Below, piece by piece: positions 27,909-38,725 of a stretch of DNA of 64,000 bases (positions within the stretch are counted from its first letter, which is position 1; every line of letters begins with the position of its first letter). Source of the DNA: a virus. The notes below the pieces were generated by a model, which worked only from the letters and a program-made list of their open reading frames with translations, searched no databases and was not told where the DNA came from. Position numbers and translations under genes: made by a program. The DNA lies in the IMG/VR virus record IMGVR_UViG_3300014656_000017, positions 1 to 64,000 of that record; one strand, written 5' to 3'.

Positions 27909-30522
27909 ATTTGGTTTAGATGATGTAGCTGTAAATACAGAACCTTTAAACAAGGAAGATGTAATTAATCTAATTACAACTTCCTTAGAAACAAATGATG
28001 CTCTAGCTCGTGAATTTGCTGATAGAGTTATTCCTCATTTATCACATTTAATTAGGGAAAATATAGATGTAGATCCTGTTTCAATAGATGGAAGTGTTGT
28101 TGGCAAATATGTAACAGATGCACTTCAAAGTGGTATTAAAGAAGATATCAAAAAATCACAAGCCAATTTATCTAAACAACTTTCCAATATAAGCTTAGAC
28201 GGGTCTATTAAATCGTTTAATTCGATAATGGCAAAATCCGTTAATCAAGCATCTACAACATTATCAGGAGATATACAAAAATATACAAATCATATTTCTG
28301 ATAAATTGACACAATCATCAAAAGAATTTACAGCTCCTCAAATATCTGTTCCTGATGTAGAAACTACCAAGAAGAATGCTCCTGTAGAAAAAGTTAAAGC
28401 CACAGAACCTAACAAGGATATTGAAAAGTCTGTAGATAATAAGAAAACACAACAAACAAAATTTCAACCTGATGTAACATCTCCTATGTCAGTTGCTTCT
28501 ATTGGCGATATTTTTTCTGGATTAAAATCTTCAGATTCCATATTAACACAAATGAAGTATGAACGCTTTCGTAGAGATTTGTTAGACAAGTTAATGAGAG
28601 CTTTTAATCCTGCTAATTTAAAACTTCAAGATGTTAAATTGGCTGATATTTTTACGCCACCTTCTACTGCATTAAGTGCCTATATTCCTTTTAGCAAAGG
28701 TTCAATATCACAATATGAGAAATTACAAAGAGAAATAATAGGCAAATTGACTACTGCAGTGAAGGAAGGGCTCACATTAGATAAGGAATTAAAATTATCT
28801 GATATATTCTCTCCGCCAAAAAATGGTTCACTAATGAGAGACCTTCCTTTCTTTGGCACAGCTGCTCAATATGAAAAATTGCAGAGACAAATTATATCCT
28901 CTCTTAATGCTATTGATTTTAGTGATATTGCTCTTAAAAATGATTTAAAACTTTCAGATATTTTTCAACCTCCTACTAATTCATTTTGGTCGTATATGCC
29001 TTCTGGCGCCGCAAACAAATTTGATGATCTACAAGGAAAAATTATAGATACATTAAGAGATCAATCAGAGGGCATTCAACTTACAGACAAGAAATTAAAA
29101 TTATCGGATGTATTTCAGCCTCCTACAGATTCGTTTTGGTCAGCTACTCCTTTTACAGGTTCTGCTGCTAAGTTTGAAAAATTGCAAAGGTCAATGTTAA
29201 ACAAGTTACAAAAACAGCTAGATGATGTAGAAGAAGTAGAAGATGAAAAAGAGACTGAAGATGTAAATGTTGTTAGTAAAGATGAAACATTTGAAAATAT
29301 TTCTTCGAAAAAACAAGAGAGAGATAAACTTGGATATACATCGTTGCTTGAAGATAGGCCAACGCTAGTTAATATTGTAAGTTTTAGTGATGAAGCTGAA
29401 GAAGAATTAAAAGATCTTTTTGATTCTATAGATATAAAACCAGAGCAAGAAATAAAGAAAAAAGATGATGATTTCTTAGGTAAATTGTTTCCTGGATTAA
29501 CTGGAATAATGGACAAATTTTTAGGGGCAGCGGCGATGGTAGCTTTAGCTGGATATATTGGGTATGAAGTTGGATCTGCTATTAGAAACTGGTGGGGTGG
29601 AGAAAAAAGAATTCAAGCTGGTAAAGCTACACAAGAAGGCATAAAAGCACTACAAGAAAGCCGAAAAGAATCTATTGTTTCACAGGGAGATGATGCAACT
29701 GACGTTTATAATATTGAACGACGAAAATTAAAAGGTGGAAAAAATCAAGCATTTTTAACAGAGCTTCTTAATCAAGGTTTTGACATTTCGCTTAATGAAA
29801 TGAAAGATATATTATCTGATGAAAATTTATCCCCTGAAGAAAGAAAACAATATATCAATGAATTTAATAAAAGACATAAATTAGCTGAATTTGATCCTAA
29901 AAAAAGAGAACTGCAATTAGATGCATCTAGGGCAATGGATGATATTTTATGGAAAAATACCAATGAAATGTTGGATAAATTGAAAAAACAAGAAACCACA
30001 TTAGATGAAATTAAAAAAACAGCAACGCCGGAAGTGGGGAAACAAGCCAGAACTGTTGCTGTAGATTCTGCACGAGATATTATTGATCAAGGAATTGAAG
30101 ATTATATTGGATCTGAACGTACATATTATGCTCCACTAAAAAAACCAGCTGAAGATTTTATCTGGCGTCAAGGTGAACCAATTCAACCGTTTAAACCTAC
30201 AGATAATATTATCGCCACCGAAGATCCTAAATTGTTTGAAAAGTTGTTGAAAGAAAAGGGAACTGAATCATCAGATTTTAAGAAAGATTTTATGCCAATA
30301 TTTGATAAACAAGTTAAAGCATTTGATGAAATTAAACGTTCATTGTTAACATTAAATGAAACCGTAGCATCAAAGAAAGGGAGAATGGTTGAAGAACAGC
30401 AGCCTTATGGACAACAACCAATGACAGGCGTTTCTAATAATGCTGGAGATATAAGAGATCCTGCATATGTTTTAAGAGGACGAGTATGGGACCGTCTTAG
30501 AGATGCATACATTTTAATATAA
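27889..30522 (+). CDS. Tape-measure / baseplate hub (gp29-like) protein with internal repeats
   Basis: 877 aa, helical, with a hydrophobic Gly/Ala segment; syntenic position. Confidence 0.55.
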   Translation: MAIQDPKFGLDDVAVNTEPLNKEDVINLITTSLETNDALAREFADRVIPHLSHLIRENIDVDPVSIDGSVVGKYVTDALQSGIKEDIKKSQANLSKQLSNISLDGSIKSFNSIMAKSVNQASTTLSGDIQKYTNHISDKLTQSSKEFTAPQISVPDVETTKKNAPVEKVKATEPNKDIEKSVDNKKTQQTKFQPDVTSPMSVASIGDIFSGLKSSDSILTQMKYERFRRDLLDKLMRAFNPANLKLQDVKLADIFTPPSTALSAYIPFSKGSISQYEKLQREIIGKLTTAVKEGLTLDKELKLSDIFSPPKNGSLMRDLPFFGTAAQYEKLQRQIISSLNAIDFSDIALKNDLKLSDIFQPPTNSFWSYMPSGAANKFDDLQGKIIDTLRDQSEGIQLTDKKLKLSDVFQPPTDSFWSATPFTGSAAKFEKLQRSMLNKLQKQLDDVEEVEDEKETEDVNVVSKDETFENISSKKQERDKLGYTSLLEDRPTLVNIVSFSDEAEEELKDLFDSIDIKPEQEIKKKDDDFLGKLFPGLTGIMDKFLGAAAMVALAGYIGYEVGSAIRNWWGGEKRIQAGKATQEGIKALQESRKESIVSQGDDATDVYNIERRKLKGGKNQAFLTELLNQGFDISLNEMKDILSDENLSPEERKQYINEFNKRHKLAEFDPKKRELQLDASRAMDDILWKNTNEMLDKLKKQETTLDEIKKTATPEVGKQARTVAVDSARDIIDQGIEDYIGSERTYYAPLKKPAEDFIWRQGEPIQPFKPTDNIIATEDPKLFEKLLKEKGTESSDFKKDFMPIFDKQVKAFDEIKRSLLTLNETVASKKGRMVEEQQPYGQQPMTGVSNNAGDIRDPAYVLRGRVWDRLRDAYILI
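28498..29200 (+). repeat. Four to five ~50-aa protein repeats (LKLSDIF.PP...F...A.YEKLQR.I)
   Basis: Copies start near 28636, 28789, 28945 and 29095, plus a degenerate copy near 28498. Confidence 0.85.
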
Positions 30523-30523
30523 T

Positions 30524-31351
30524 ATGAGCACTACAAGAACACGAGATAAATTAAAGATTAATACAGGGTGGACAAATTATTATGATTTTAGAGAAAAGAA
30601 TATGATTTGTTTTGCCAATCAATCTGATAAAAAGGCTCTCTATGAAATACCACATGCAGAATTAGTTGAATATGATGTTGATCAATCTATTGTTGTTAAT
30701 AATATCAACTATATAATCCATCATATAAAATTTGCCAAAGAGGATCCGGTATGGACATATAAGGGACTTTATATGGGCACAAAAACAGGGAATAGATATA
30801 TTGTTCCGTATTTAGAACAATTTCATCACTCTGTTACAAGTAATTGGGATGATCCTGGTGGAACAGGGATTCCAGGTTTAAGCCAAGCAGAAAATCTTTT
30901 AACAAAAATTTCAAAAATAATGAAACCAGCAGCAGGTATATTGTATGCAAAACAGTTTACGGGGACAACAGAGGCTGCATATTCATTAAGATTTAATCTC
31001 ATTAATACAGCTAATGATGAAAATGCAATTCAAAATAACTTTTCATTTATAACAAAATTGTTGCATCAAAATTTACACAATCAAACAAGTTATTCTGCTG
31101 TGCAACCTCCTTGTTTGTACGAGGTATATATTCCAGGTGTTAGATATTGTCCTGTTGCTTCATTGTCTATTACTGTTACAAATGTTGGAACTTTAAATAA
31201 ATGGAAAACTACAGTAATACCAGATGCCTGGTCTGTGATTATAAACATTAGAGAACTTTTATCAGAATCTCAACAGATATACGAAGACTGTGTTAAAGGT
31301 CTTAGAGATGCCAGTGATGTAAATATTCACGTATTTGAGAAAAAGGAATAA
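30524..31351 (+). CDS. Baseplate tail-tube cap-like protein (gp48-like), paralog 1
   Basis: PAAGILY, F.L.NT, PPCLYEVYIPGVR, NVGTLN.W...PDAW.V.I.IREL. Confidence 0.55.
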   Translation: MSTTRTRDKLKINTGWTNYYDFREKNMICFANQSDKKALYEIPHAELVEYDVDQSIVVNNINYIIHHIKFAKEDPVWTYKGLYMGTKTGNRYIVPYLEQFHHSVTSNWDDPGGTGIPGLSQAENLLTKISKIMKPAAGILYAKQFTGTTEAAYSLRFNLINTANDENAIQNNFSFITKLLHQNLHNQTSYSAVQPPCLYEVYIPGVRYCPVASLSITVTNVGTLNKWKTTVIPDAWSVIINIRELLSESQQIYEDCVKGLRDASDVNIHVFEKKE

Positions 31352-32186
31352 TATGAGTGAAAGAAAACCAAGAACACGAGCATCTTTTATGCCAACACAT
31401 ATGGCGGTCGGCAAGAACGGCGTGGTCAATTTTAAAAATCGAGATATTATTTGCTTTCCAAATCAAATTACACAATTTGAAGATGTTCCATATATTCAAT
31501 TAATAGAATATCATATTGATAGAAGTGTTCAATTACAAAAAATAAGTCAGTTAATGAGTCACGGGTGGGAATATTTTACAAACAGAACATTTAGTTATGC
31601 TGATGTATATTCATTAGTGCCTACTAAATATTCATATATTTTGCCTTATTTAAATGACTATCATCATCAAATAAATCAAAATTGGGAAGATTCACAAGGA
31701 GTGTGTAAGCCAATAGATGCAGTTGTAGATGGGATAGTGTCGATGTATAAAACTTTTTCCCCTGCAGCCGGTATTTTATATCCTAAATCGTATTCAGGAG
31801 CAACAGATTCTACTTATGATGTGCCATTCTATTTACTCAACACAACAGGAACTATTGAAGATATTCATCATAACAAAGCATTTCTTGAACGTATTATTAA
31901 GATGAATTTGTTATCGAAATCTACAGCCATTGCTATTGCTCCGCCATGTGTTTATGAAGCATTTATTCCAGGAGTTAGATTTTCTCCTGTTGCTGCAATA
32001 CATAATATAATTGTTGAAAATGTAGGAACATTAAACGATTGGTATAATTATACCGTTCCAGATGCATGGAAGGTGACACTACAAATAAGAGAATTGATAA
32101 ACGAAACACGTGATATTTTTATGGACGGTGTTGGTGGACATGACATTATTAGTACCAGTATGAAGACCAGAGTTGCGAGAGGCTAA
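31335..32186 (+). CDS. Baseplate tail-tube cap-like protein (gp48-like), paralog 2
   Basis: Same motifs as the preceding ORF along its whole length; start likely MSERK (31353). Confidence 0.55.
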   Translation: MRKRNNMSERKPRTRASFMPTHMAVGKNGVVNFKNRDIICFPNQITQFEDVPYIQLIEYHIDRSVQLQKISQLMSHGWEYFTNRTFSYADVYSLVPTKYSYILPYLNDYHHQINQNWEDSQGVCKPIDAVVDGIVSMYKTFSPAAGILYPKSYSGATDSTYDVPFYLLNTTGTIEDIHHNKAFLERIIKMNLLSKSTAIAIAPPCVYEAFIPGVRFSPVAAIHNIIVENVGTLNDWYNYTVPDAWKVTLQIRELINETRDIFMDGVGGHDIISTSMKTRVARG

Positions 32187-32541
32187 AATGAAACATAATG
32201 ATATAAAAGATGTAAGCTATAAATTAACATATGAAAATTATGAAAATGTTTTTCCTGTTGAAATTGATGATTCTAATTATTATTTTTATAATATATTGAG
32301 CGTTGTTAATTTTCCTCAAAGTTTAGATCCAACAAAATATTCAGAATATACTGTATTAACAAATGATACATGGCCTTTAATTGCATGGAAATTTTATGGA
32401 AGTGTTAAATTATGGTGGGTGGTATGTGGAGCTAATCAAATTGTAAATCCTGTTGAACATCCTGTTCCTGGAACTAAATTAAAAATTATTAATACTAATC
32501 AATTAAAAACATTATTAAACCACATCATAGGAGTTAAATAA
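32173..32541 (+). CDS. Baseplate wedge protein (gp53-like, LysM)
   Basis: YTV...DTW..IA.KFYG...LWWV...N.I.NP...G..LKI. Confidence 0.8.
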   Translation: MREAKMKHNDIKDVSYKLTYENYENVFPVEIDDSNYYFYNILSVVNFPQSLDPTKYSEYTVLTNDTWPLIAWKFYGSVKLWWVVCGANQIVNPVEHPVPGTKLKIINTNQLKTLLNHIIGVK

Positions 32542-34149
32542 ATGCCTCTAGGCGGATTAGATAATAATACAAAATCTTTTGGAAAAGATTTCGAGTATAC
32601 AATAAAAGACACGGCTCCATCTAATGTTAAAGAAGAAGGAGTAGTAGTATATAATGAACAAGCATATAAATTAAGTTTTATATTTGATAACAGTCAACAA
32701 GAAAAATATAATTTAAATCCTCAATATGTTGTTCAATGGTGTTTAGAAACAGATTTATTAACTTGGCCACTTAGAGGATATGTAATAGTGAGATCGCAAT
32801 GGGAAGCATTTGAAAAAAGTGAAACGCCGGATTGGTTTTATCACATCCGATCTGATAGTAGAGATAAATTAACAATTAAGCTTGAAGTAAAGCCCATACC
32901 TTTACAAGGAGTTCCTGATACAGATCCTGAAATATGGGATTTTGAAGTTAATGCTGTCATATATGATGTTGAAGATTTATCAACACCAAATAAAGAATTG
33001 AAAATGAAAAAGTTGTATTTTTGGGATGAAAAATTTCAATTTCTTCAAGAAAAAAGAATACAGTGGTGTACTGCAACTGGGAAAAGATATAAATCTCCAC
33101 AACCAAAAGATCCTATTGCACATGCATCGGATATAGATAAGTCAATGTTAACCGGGGAAGCTGTATGGTCTTTATTGGTCGAAGCTGGATATGAAGAATA
33201 TATAGATATTACTAAATGGAATTGGGGTAAGAGCAAAATCAATTATACAACTAAATCTAATTGGAGCATATGGGAAAACATACAATATATTTTGAAACAT
33301 CATATTAGCGATATCAATGACGACATTTGTATTTTGCAATGGAACCGAGGCAGAAAAAAGTGGACTTTGATGCCTTTCAATGAAATATTTGTCCAAGCAG
33401 GACATGCTTCACCAGGCCCTCTTCAAAGAGAACATTTGATTTTTGAAGATGGTGTTAGTGAATTAGGGGATAAAGAAACTCGCCGACAAGATGTTAAGCC
33501 GAGTCCATGGAAAGCTCCTTGGATCGATGATCCTACATGGGATATAGATATTAAAAGTGTAAATAATAGCACTATATTATCTTATAGGTTTTCACAAACA
33601 TCAGGATTAGATAGTAGTACAGCATGGAACACAAAACCTGTATATTCTCACTGGCACACTAAAAAACAATTTGATGTAGATGTAAGAGAAAATGAAATTG
33701 CTCAAATTAGAGACAATCATATTAAGCCTCAATATATAGAAGATAAATTATTATATGAAGAAATATATCCTGTAATGACATTAAACCAAACCAGAATGAC
33801 TGAATATAATATAGATCCACAGTTTTCTCCTGTAGTAACATTAGGATATGAAAATGATAGACCTATTAGAAGTTTATATGGTAAAGGTAAAGTGTTATAT
33901 TCTGCAATATTTTTAAATCAATGTATGACAGTTCGTCTTCTTGGAGCATCATATAGAACTGCGGGAACGTTTACAGGTGTTGATCGAACATATGAAAGTA
34001 GTGATACAGATTTTGATTATCAACTATGTGGACAATATTTGGTAACTAATGTAAAACACATATTTCAACTAAATAGATATGTAACAGATTTAACAATGGT
34101 TAAAATACATGCATATAAAACATTACAAGATAATGAGGACATACCCTAA
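32542..34149 (+). CDS. Baseplate hub protein (gp27-like)
   Basis: C-terminal G...R.AG.F, G.YLVT.VKH.F...Y.T.L..VK motif. Confidence 0.65.
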   Translation: MPLGGLDNNTKSFGKDFEYTIKDTAPSNVKEEGVVVYNEQAYKLSFIFDNSQQEKYNLNPQYVVQWCLETDLLTWPLRGYVIVRSQWEAFEKSETPDWFYHIRSDSRDKLTIKLEVKPIPLQGVPDTDPEIWDFEVNAVIYDVEDLSTPNKELKMKKLYFWDEKFQFLQEKRIQWCTATGKRYKSPQPKDPIAHASDIDKSMLTGEAVWSLLVEAGYEEYIDITKWNWGKSKINYTTKSNWSIWENIQYILKHHISDINDDICILQWNRGRKKWTLMPFNEIFVQAGHASPGPLQREHLIFEDGVSELGDKETRRQDVKPSPWKAPWIDDPTWDIDIKSVNNSTILSYRFSQTSGLDSSTAWNTKPVYSHWHTKKQFDVDVRENEIAQIRDNHIKPQYIEDKLLYEEIYPVMTLNQTRMTEYNIDPQFSPVVTLGYENDRPIRSLYGKGKVLYSAIFLNQCMTVRLLGASYRTAGTFTGVDRTYESSDTDFDYQLCGQYLVTNVKHIFQLNRYVTDLTMVKIHAYKTLQDNEDIP

Positions 34150-35150
34150 TGAATAATTGTTTTCCAGAAGATGCAAAACATAAAATAAAAAAGACATTAG
34201 CTGTCATTAATCTTGCAGACGATTGTAGGCCAGACGGCCCAATTAAACCCGCTATAGGCGGGCCTCCTATAGTTAGAGAACCTGTTAGCGTTCCAATAAT
34301 TGTATCTCCGCCTGTGTCAGCAACGCCTGTATCACAACCATTGCCTTCACCTATTAGAAATATAGTAATTGATCCAACAGAAAAGGTTACTTTAAAACAA
34401 GAGTCTGTATCTTTTCCAAATCCAGGAAGAGGCAGCAATTTTGAAGCAGCTGAAATTATAAGCGGAGTAGATGATGTATTAGCACATTTAGCATCCACAC
34501 TTGCTTTTTATGCAGCTGAAATAGCAAAAGCAGAAGAAAATAAAGCTGAAACAATTGAAGGATTTATGTGGCAAATAGCAATTTATGTAGAATTGATGAT
34601 TGAAGCAGCAATAGCTGCAGGATTTCACGGAGTAGCTATGGTATTAGCTGCTGTATGGAAAGCTATATTAGTTGCATGGAGTGTTGTAAAAGCTGCAATG
34701 GCTGCAATTACCGCCTCAACCAATCTTACGGAACTTGCAACATGTGAAGTGCCCCATTTTCATACAGTAATTTTACCTCAATTGTCAAATTCATCAAATG
34801 AAGTCGCAGAAGCATTAAAGGCGTTTACAGAATCTATTACAGAACTTGCACAATCTGTAATAGATGATATAGGAAATATAATACTAGATATTGCTATTAT
34901 TATTTTTTGTGCTAAGAATATTGCTTTATTAACATTAATGTTAGCAAAACAATTAGAACAATATGATATTTTTATAGCCGATATGGGTGAGCGCATAGTT
35001 AATACAGAAGCTAGTGTATTAGCAGGTGTTGAAGAAATGTTAGTAGTTGATGAAGGTCGTGTTTTTGTACAAGAAAAAGAAGCTGTACAAGATGAAGTAT
35101 TGCAAGCTTCTGTTGAAGATTTAATAATTCATGTTGAGGTACCAGCATAA
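34149..35150 (+). CDS. Hypothetical tail-region protein with long hydrophobic Ala-rich helices
   Basis: 333 aa between gp27-like and gp5-like genes. Confidence 0.65.
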   Translation: MNNCFPEDAKHKIKKTLAVINLADDCRPDGPIKPAIGGPPIVREPVSVPIIVSPPVSATPVSQPLPSPIRNIVIDPTEKVTLKQESVSFPNPGRGSNFEAAEIISGVDDVLAHLASTLAFYAAEIAKAEENKAETIEGFMWQIAIYVELMIEAAIAAGFHGVAMVLAAVWKAILVAWSVVKAAMAAITASTNLTELATCEVPHFHTVILPQLSNSSNEVAEALKAFTESITELAQSVIDDIGNIILDIAIIIFCAKNIALLTLMLAKQLEQYDIFIADMGERIVNTEASVLAGVEEMLVVDEGRVFVQEKEAVQDEVLQASVEDLIIHVEVPA

Positions 35151-36220
35151 TGGACATTCATCCAAACATTATAATACACCAACAAAGTCTAGATGAATTA
35201 AAAGGCTTAGAAAAAATATCTTTATTAGAAGTTCCTGATTGTGAATCTAAACCAAATATAGACGCAGGTAATATTGATAAAATTAGAAATCAATTATTAC
35301 CTACTGATATTGATATACATACTACCTCTACTTATAAAGACGAAATAGTTCAAATGGTAAATCTTTTAAATTCACACTGCAAGGAATTATCTATTGATGA
35401 AATTATAAAAACAATTAAAGAAATACACGAAACATTGAATAATAAAAAGGCCTCCCTGATAAAGGGATGGACAAGATTATTAACCTCGTTACATCCGTTG
35501 ATTGATGATGAAATTAAAAATCTTCCATATTGGAAAACTTTATATTCTGAAATTATTGGAACTAATACTATTCTATACCATGCAGATATGAATAGTATAG
35601 ATATTATGTTTTGGAGTAAAAAACCTTTATCAAATGCTAAAACATGTAATATTGAATGGTCTTTATCTCCTAGTCAATCACCGTCTTATTTAAGAGATAG
35701 TGTTAGAGAAAAAATGGATTCAAAAGCTGTTGAGTTTTTACAAAATGCCGGGCAAGCTACTTCATCATGTTTGAGACGGAATATAATATTTGATGCTATT
35801 CAAACTACATTGCCTGAGACTGGTGGAGAGGTTCCTCAAAAAAGGCCTATATTAGAAGATGTTCCTCATGGTGTAAGTTTGGCCAATGATTGGTATCATC
35901 AAGTGTATAGAATAATAGATGGAGATGCTTCTAATAAAAATATGGGGCGGCATGATGCAATACATAAATTAAGCAGTGGCGGATATTTTGTACATTTACT
36001 AGTTAATCATTTAACTCCGTTATTAAATATTACCAAAGCAGAACGTAGAGCATATATTAATAAGAATCCACTGGGTGTTGAGGTTGACACCTTTCCATTT
36101 AAAGCTGATAAGGAATTGGAATATTGGAGTCTTGAAAACAATGATAGAGTATTGCCTGTTTCACAAACAGTTGACGATAATGTAATAAAACCTACTATTA
36201 ATGAGACAACACAAGCATGA
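35150..36220 (+). CDS. Hypothetical protein
   Basis: 356 aa, coupled within the tail operon. Confidence 0.65.
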   Translation: MDIHPNIIIHQQSLDELKGLEKISLLEVPDCESKPNIDAGNIDKIRNQLLPTDIDIHTTSTYKDEIVQMVNLLNSHCKELSIDEIIKTIKEIHETLNNKKASLIKGWTRLLTSLHPLIDDEIKNLPYWKTLYSEIIGTNTILYHADMNSIDIMFWSKKPLSNAKTCNIEWSLSPSQSPSYLRDSVREKMDSKAVEFLQNAGQATSSCLRRNIIFDAIQTTLPETGGEVPQKRPILEDVPHGVSLANDWYHQVYRIIDGDASNKNMGRHDAIHKLSSGGYFVHLLVNHLTPLLNITKAERRAYINKNPLGVEVDTFPFKADKELEYWSLENNDRVLPVSQTVDDNVIKPTINETTQA

Positions 36221-38457
36221 ACGATATAAAACATAATGGCAATTATTTGGGCATAGTGGTTCAAAACAATGATCCTGAAAAAAGAGGTCGCGTTAAGGTT
36301 TTTGTTCCTCACATTAATATTGCTTTATATGAAAGCTGGAATAAAGATTTTGCTATGTTAAATGATAAGCATTTTGTATTTCCAGATGCAGCAACTAATC
36401 CTGATTTAGATAATGTATTAGAGTATTTAAAGAAAGCATTACCTTGGGCTGAAATAGCTCTTCCTTTGTTTGGTGGATCTGCATCAGGTCGATATAATGC
36501 TCATATGAAAGTGGGTACAACTTCAGATGCAAATTATTGGGATAAAGATAATACTAATTTTGGGTTTAGACCTTTAGTTAATTATGTGGGTGAAAACAGA
36601 ATTTCAGATGCCTTTCATGAAACTAAGGCAACACATAATAGATTAGTAAATCCAAATGCAAACCAATATGCGCCTTCAGATTATTCTAATTTAGCTCGCG
36701 GATCATTTACTATTCCAAATGTTGGTGCTCATGTTTGGGTGTTTTTCATTGAAGGAGATATTAATTATCCTGTAGTGTTTGCAGTTTCACAAGGACAGGA
36801 AGATTGGAAACGTATTTATTCTAAAAACAAAGAATTAGAAGATTTGAGCAATTTCATATCTCCAGATTATCCTGAATCATATGAAAATCTTTCTCCTGAA
36901 GATCAACCAACTTTTGATCATAATAAAAAGACCTTTAGAGCAAAACATGTATTCAATTCTAATAAACATTCTTTAGAATTTATAGATACAGATAAAGCTG
37001 AAGTATTAAAAATGACGCATTATGCTGGTTCATTTTTAGAAATGAATAATAATGTGACCACTAGATTTGCCCATGCTAACGATCAAACTCTTGTATTAGG
37101 AGATCAATTTTTAACAGTTCGTAAGAATCAAGGGATTTATATTGCCAATTATCAAGAAACTATTATTGATGGCGATAGATTTTTAAAACTGGGAGATTTT
37201 GAAAAGCGTAGAAAGATTGTACTTAAAATAATGGATATTTTAAAGGATGTACATAATTATAAAATGCTTTTTGAACTTATGAGAACAGAAGCTAATGATC
37301 CGTTTACGTCATCTGAACAAAAAAAGGAAGGATCAAAAGCAAAATGTCCTGTATGTCAAGGAGAGGGTACAAAATTTGATATGCCTTGTGTAACATGTGG
37401 AGAATCTGGAGAAAGTCCTTCTTCACAAGATGGTGACTGGGAATTAGATCAAGTTGCAAAATGGATAGATTCGTCGGTATCTTTAGATATATGGCAAGGT
37501 GGTGACCCAGGTGATGATTATGGAGGTCCAGAGGATGGTACATTTGGAAGCACTTCATATAGTGTAAAGAAGATAGTCGAAACAATTAGAAATGCACAAA
37601 AACAAATTATAGATGAAGAACTCGAGTCAGGTTTTGGTAATGGCGGAGATGATATTCAAACTGTTACAGGAAACGTTGTTACAACTATAGGTACTGTTTT
37701 TAATGACATGCCCAGCTTTCGTGTTGATGAAATAGGTAAAATTAGAAATCAGGGAGCCCATATCGGTAAAACAGGAACCTATGTTAGTATGGCTGAATGT
37801 CCTTTAGTTGAATATGTTGATGTTGATTCTCCACCTGGTGGAGATTGGGATATAACTGCAGCTAATAAATTTAGATTAAATGTGGGTAGTAATGGTATTC
37901 ATTTAAAGACTACAGGGGCAGTAGAAATATATGGCACTATAATGAATATTAATGCAGAATCTCTTAATGTATCATCTGAATGGGAATTATTGTTACAAGG
38001 TAAAAAGCGAGTTGAAATTCGTGGAGATATTATAAATATCCATCCTACAGAAGGTAAAAGAGGGTATGTGTTATTAGATGGTAATGTTGGTGTTAGAAAT
38101 AACTTAACTGTAGTTGGAGGTACACATCTAGAAGGTGAGTTGTCATATTTACACTCCACAACGCCCAAGAAAATGTATATGACAGAAATAGGTTATGGCC
38201 CGCTGCCACATACACATATATATTGGGCGCCGCCTTGGACCTTAGAAGAAGAAGGATGTCCTAAAGTTCGTGAAGATCAACAAGGATTAAATAAAAATGA
38301 ACCTGTTCCAAATCAGGGAGATTGTGGTGCAAAAGGCTTTTGGGTTCCTACAGGTACAGGAGAAGGAGCAGGTGGGCCTATTGAATCTGATGATGCTGGC
38401 GAAGAAGTTCCCGATAATTTAGAAGATGTTAATCCTGAACCGTGTGAAAATAAATAA
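36217..38457 (+). CDS. Baseplate central spike (gp5/VgrG-like)
   Basis: YLGIVVQNNDPEKRGRVKV and PNVG..VWVFF..GD..YPV OB-fold; beta-helix repeats; C-terminal HTH (HxH). Confidence 0.85.
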   Translation: MNDIKHNGNYLGIVVQNNDPEKRGRVKVFVPHINIALYESWNKDFAMLNDKHFVFPDAATNPDLDNVLEYLKKALPWAEIALPLFGGSASGRYNAHMKVGTTSDANYWDKDNTNFGFRPLVNYVGENRISDAFHETKATHNRLVNPNANQYAPSDYSNLARGSFTIPNVGAHVWVFFIEGDINYPVVFAVSQGQEDWKRIYSKNKELEDLSNFISPDYPESYENLSPEDQPTFDHNKKTFRAKHVFNSNKHSLEFIDTDKAEVLKMTHYAGSFLEMNNNVTTRFAHANDQTLVLGDQFLTVRKNQGIYIANYQETIIDGDRFLKLGDFEKRRKIVLKIMDILKDVHNYKMLFELMRTEANDPFTSSEQKKEGSKAKCPVCQGEGTKFDMPCVTCGESGESPSSQDGDWELDQVAKWIDSSVSLDIWQGGDPGDDYGGPEDGTFGSTSYSVKKIVETIRNAQKQIIDEELESGFGNGGDDIQTVTGNVVTTIGTVFNDMPSFRVDEIGKIRNQGAHIGKTGTYVSMAECPLVEYVDVDSPPGGDWDITAANKFRLNVGSNGIHLKTTGAVEIYGTIMNINAESLNVSSEWELLLQGKKRVEIRGDIINIHPTEGKRGYVLLDGNVGVRNNLTVVGGTHLEGELSYLHSTTPKKMYMTEIGYGPLPHTHIYWAPPWTLEEEGCPKVREDQQGLNKNEPVPNQGDCGAKGFWVPTGTGEGAGGPIESDDAGEEVPDNLEDVNPEPCENK

Positions 38458-38458
38458 G

Positions 38459-38725
38459 TTACTCTGATTTATCTTCTTCCATTAACATTCCAATTAGCAC
38501 TTTTTTAGCTAATTGCATAAGGCCGTCAAATTGACGTGGTGTTTTAGCTTGGCGCATAATTACGCGTTGTTCATCTATAGTGTGTCCAATAATAATAAAG
38601 TCATCTAAAAATTCAGAAGCTACTGTGTGCAATCCTTCAGCGTTTTGTCGATATTCTCGTGTTTCTTTTTCTACAATATCTTCATATTTTTTAAGCGATT
38701 CATTTAAAATTGTATTTGTATCCAT
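38459..38725 (-). CDS. Hypothetical protein (may extend upstream to ~38834)
   Basis: 88 aa; the frame stays open upstream towards a TAAGTA motif. Confidence 0.6.
   Translation of the reverse strand: MDTNTILNESLKKYEDIVEKETREYRQNAEGLHTVASEFLDDFIIIGHTIDEQRVIMRQAKTPRQFDGLMQLAKKVLIGMLMEEDKSE

Noticed and set aside
34100-34498. Numerous antisense ORFs in the track overlapping long genes (this one as an example)
   Set aside because: No RBS or motifs, and fully nested opposite well-supported genes
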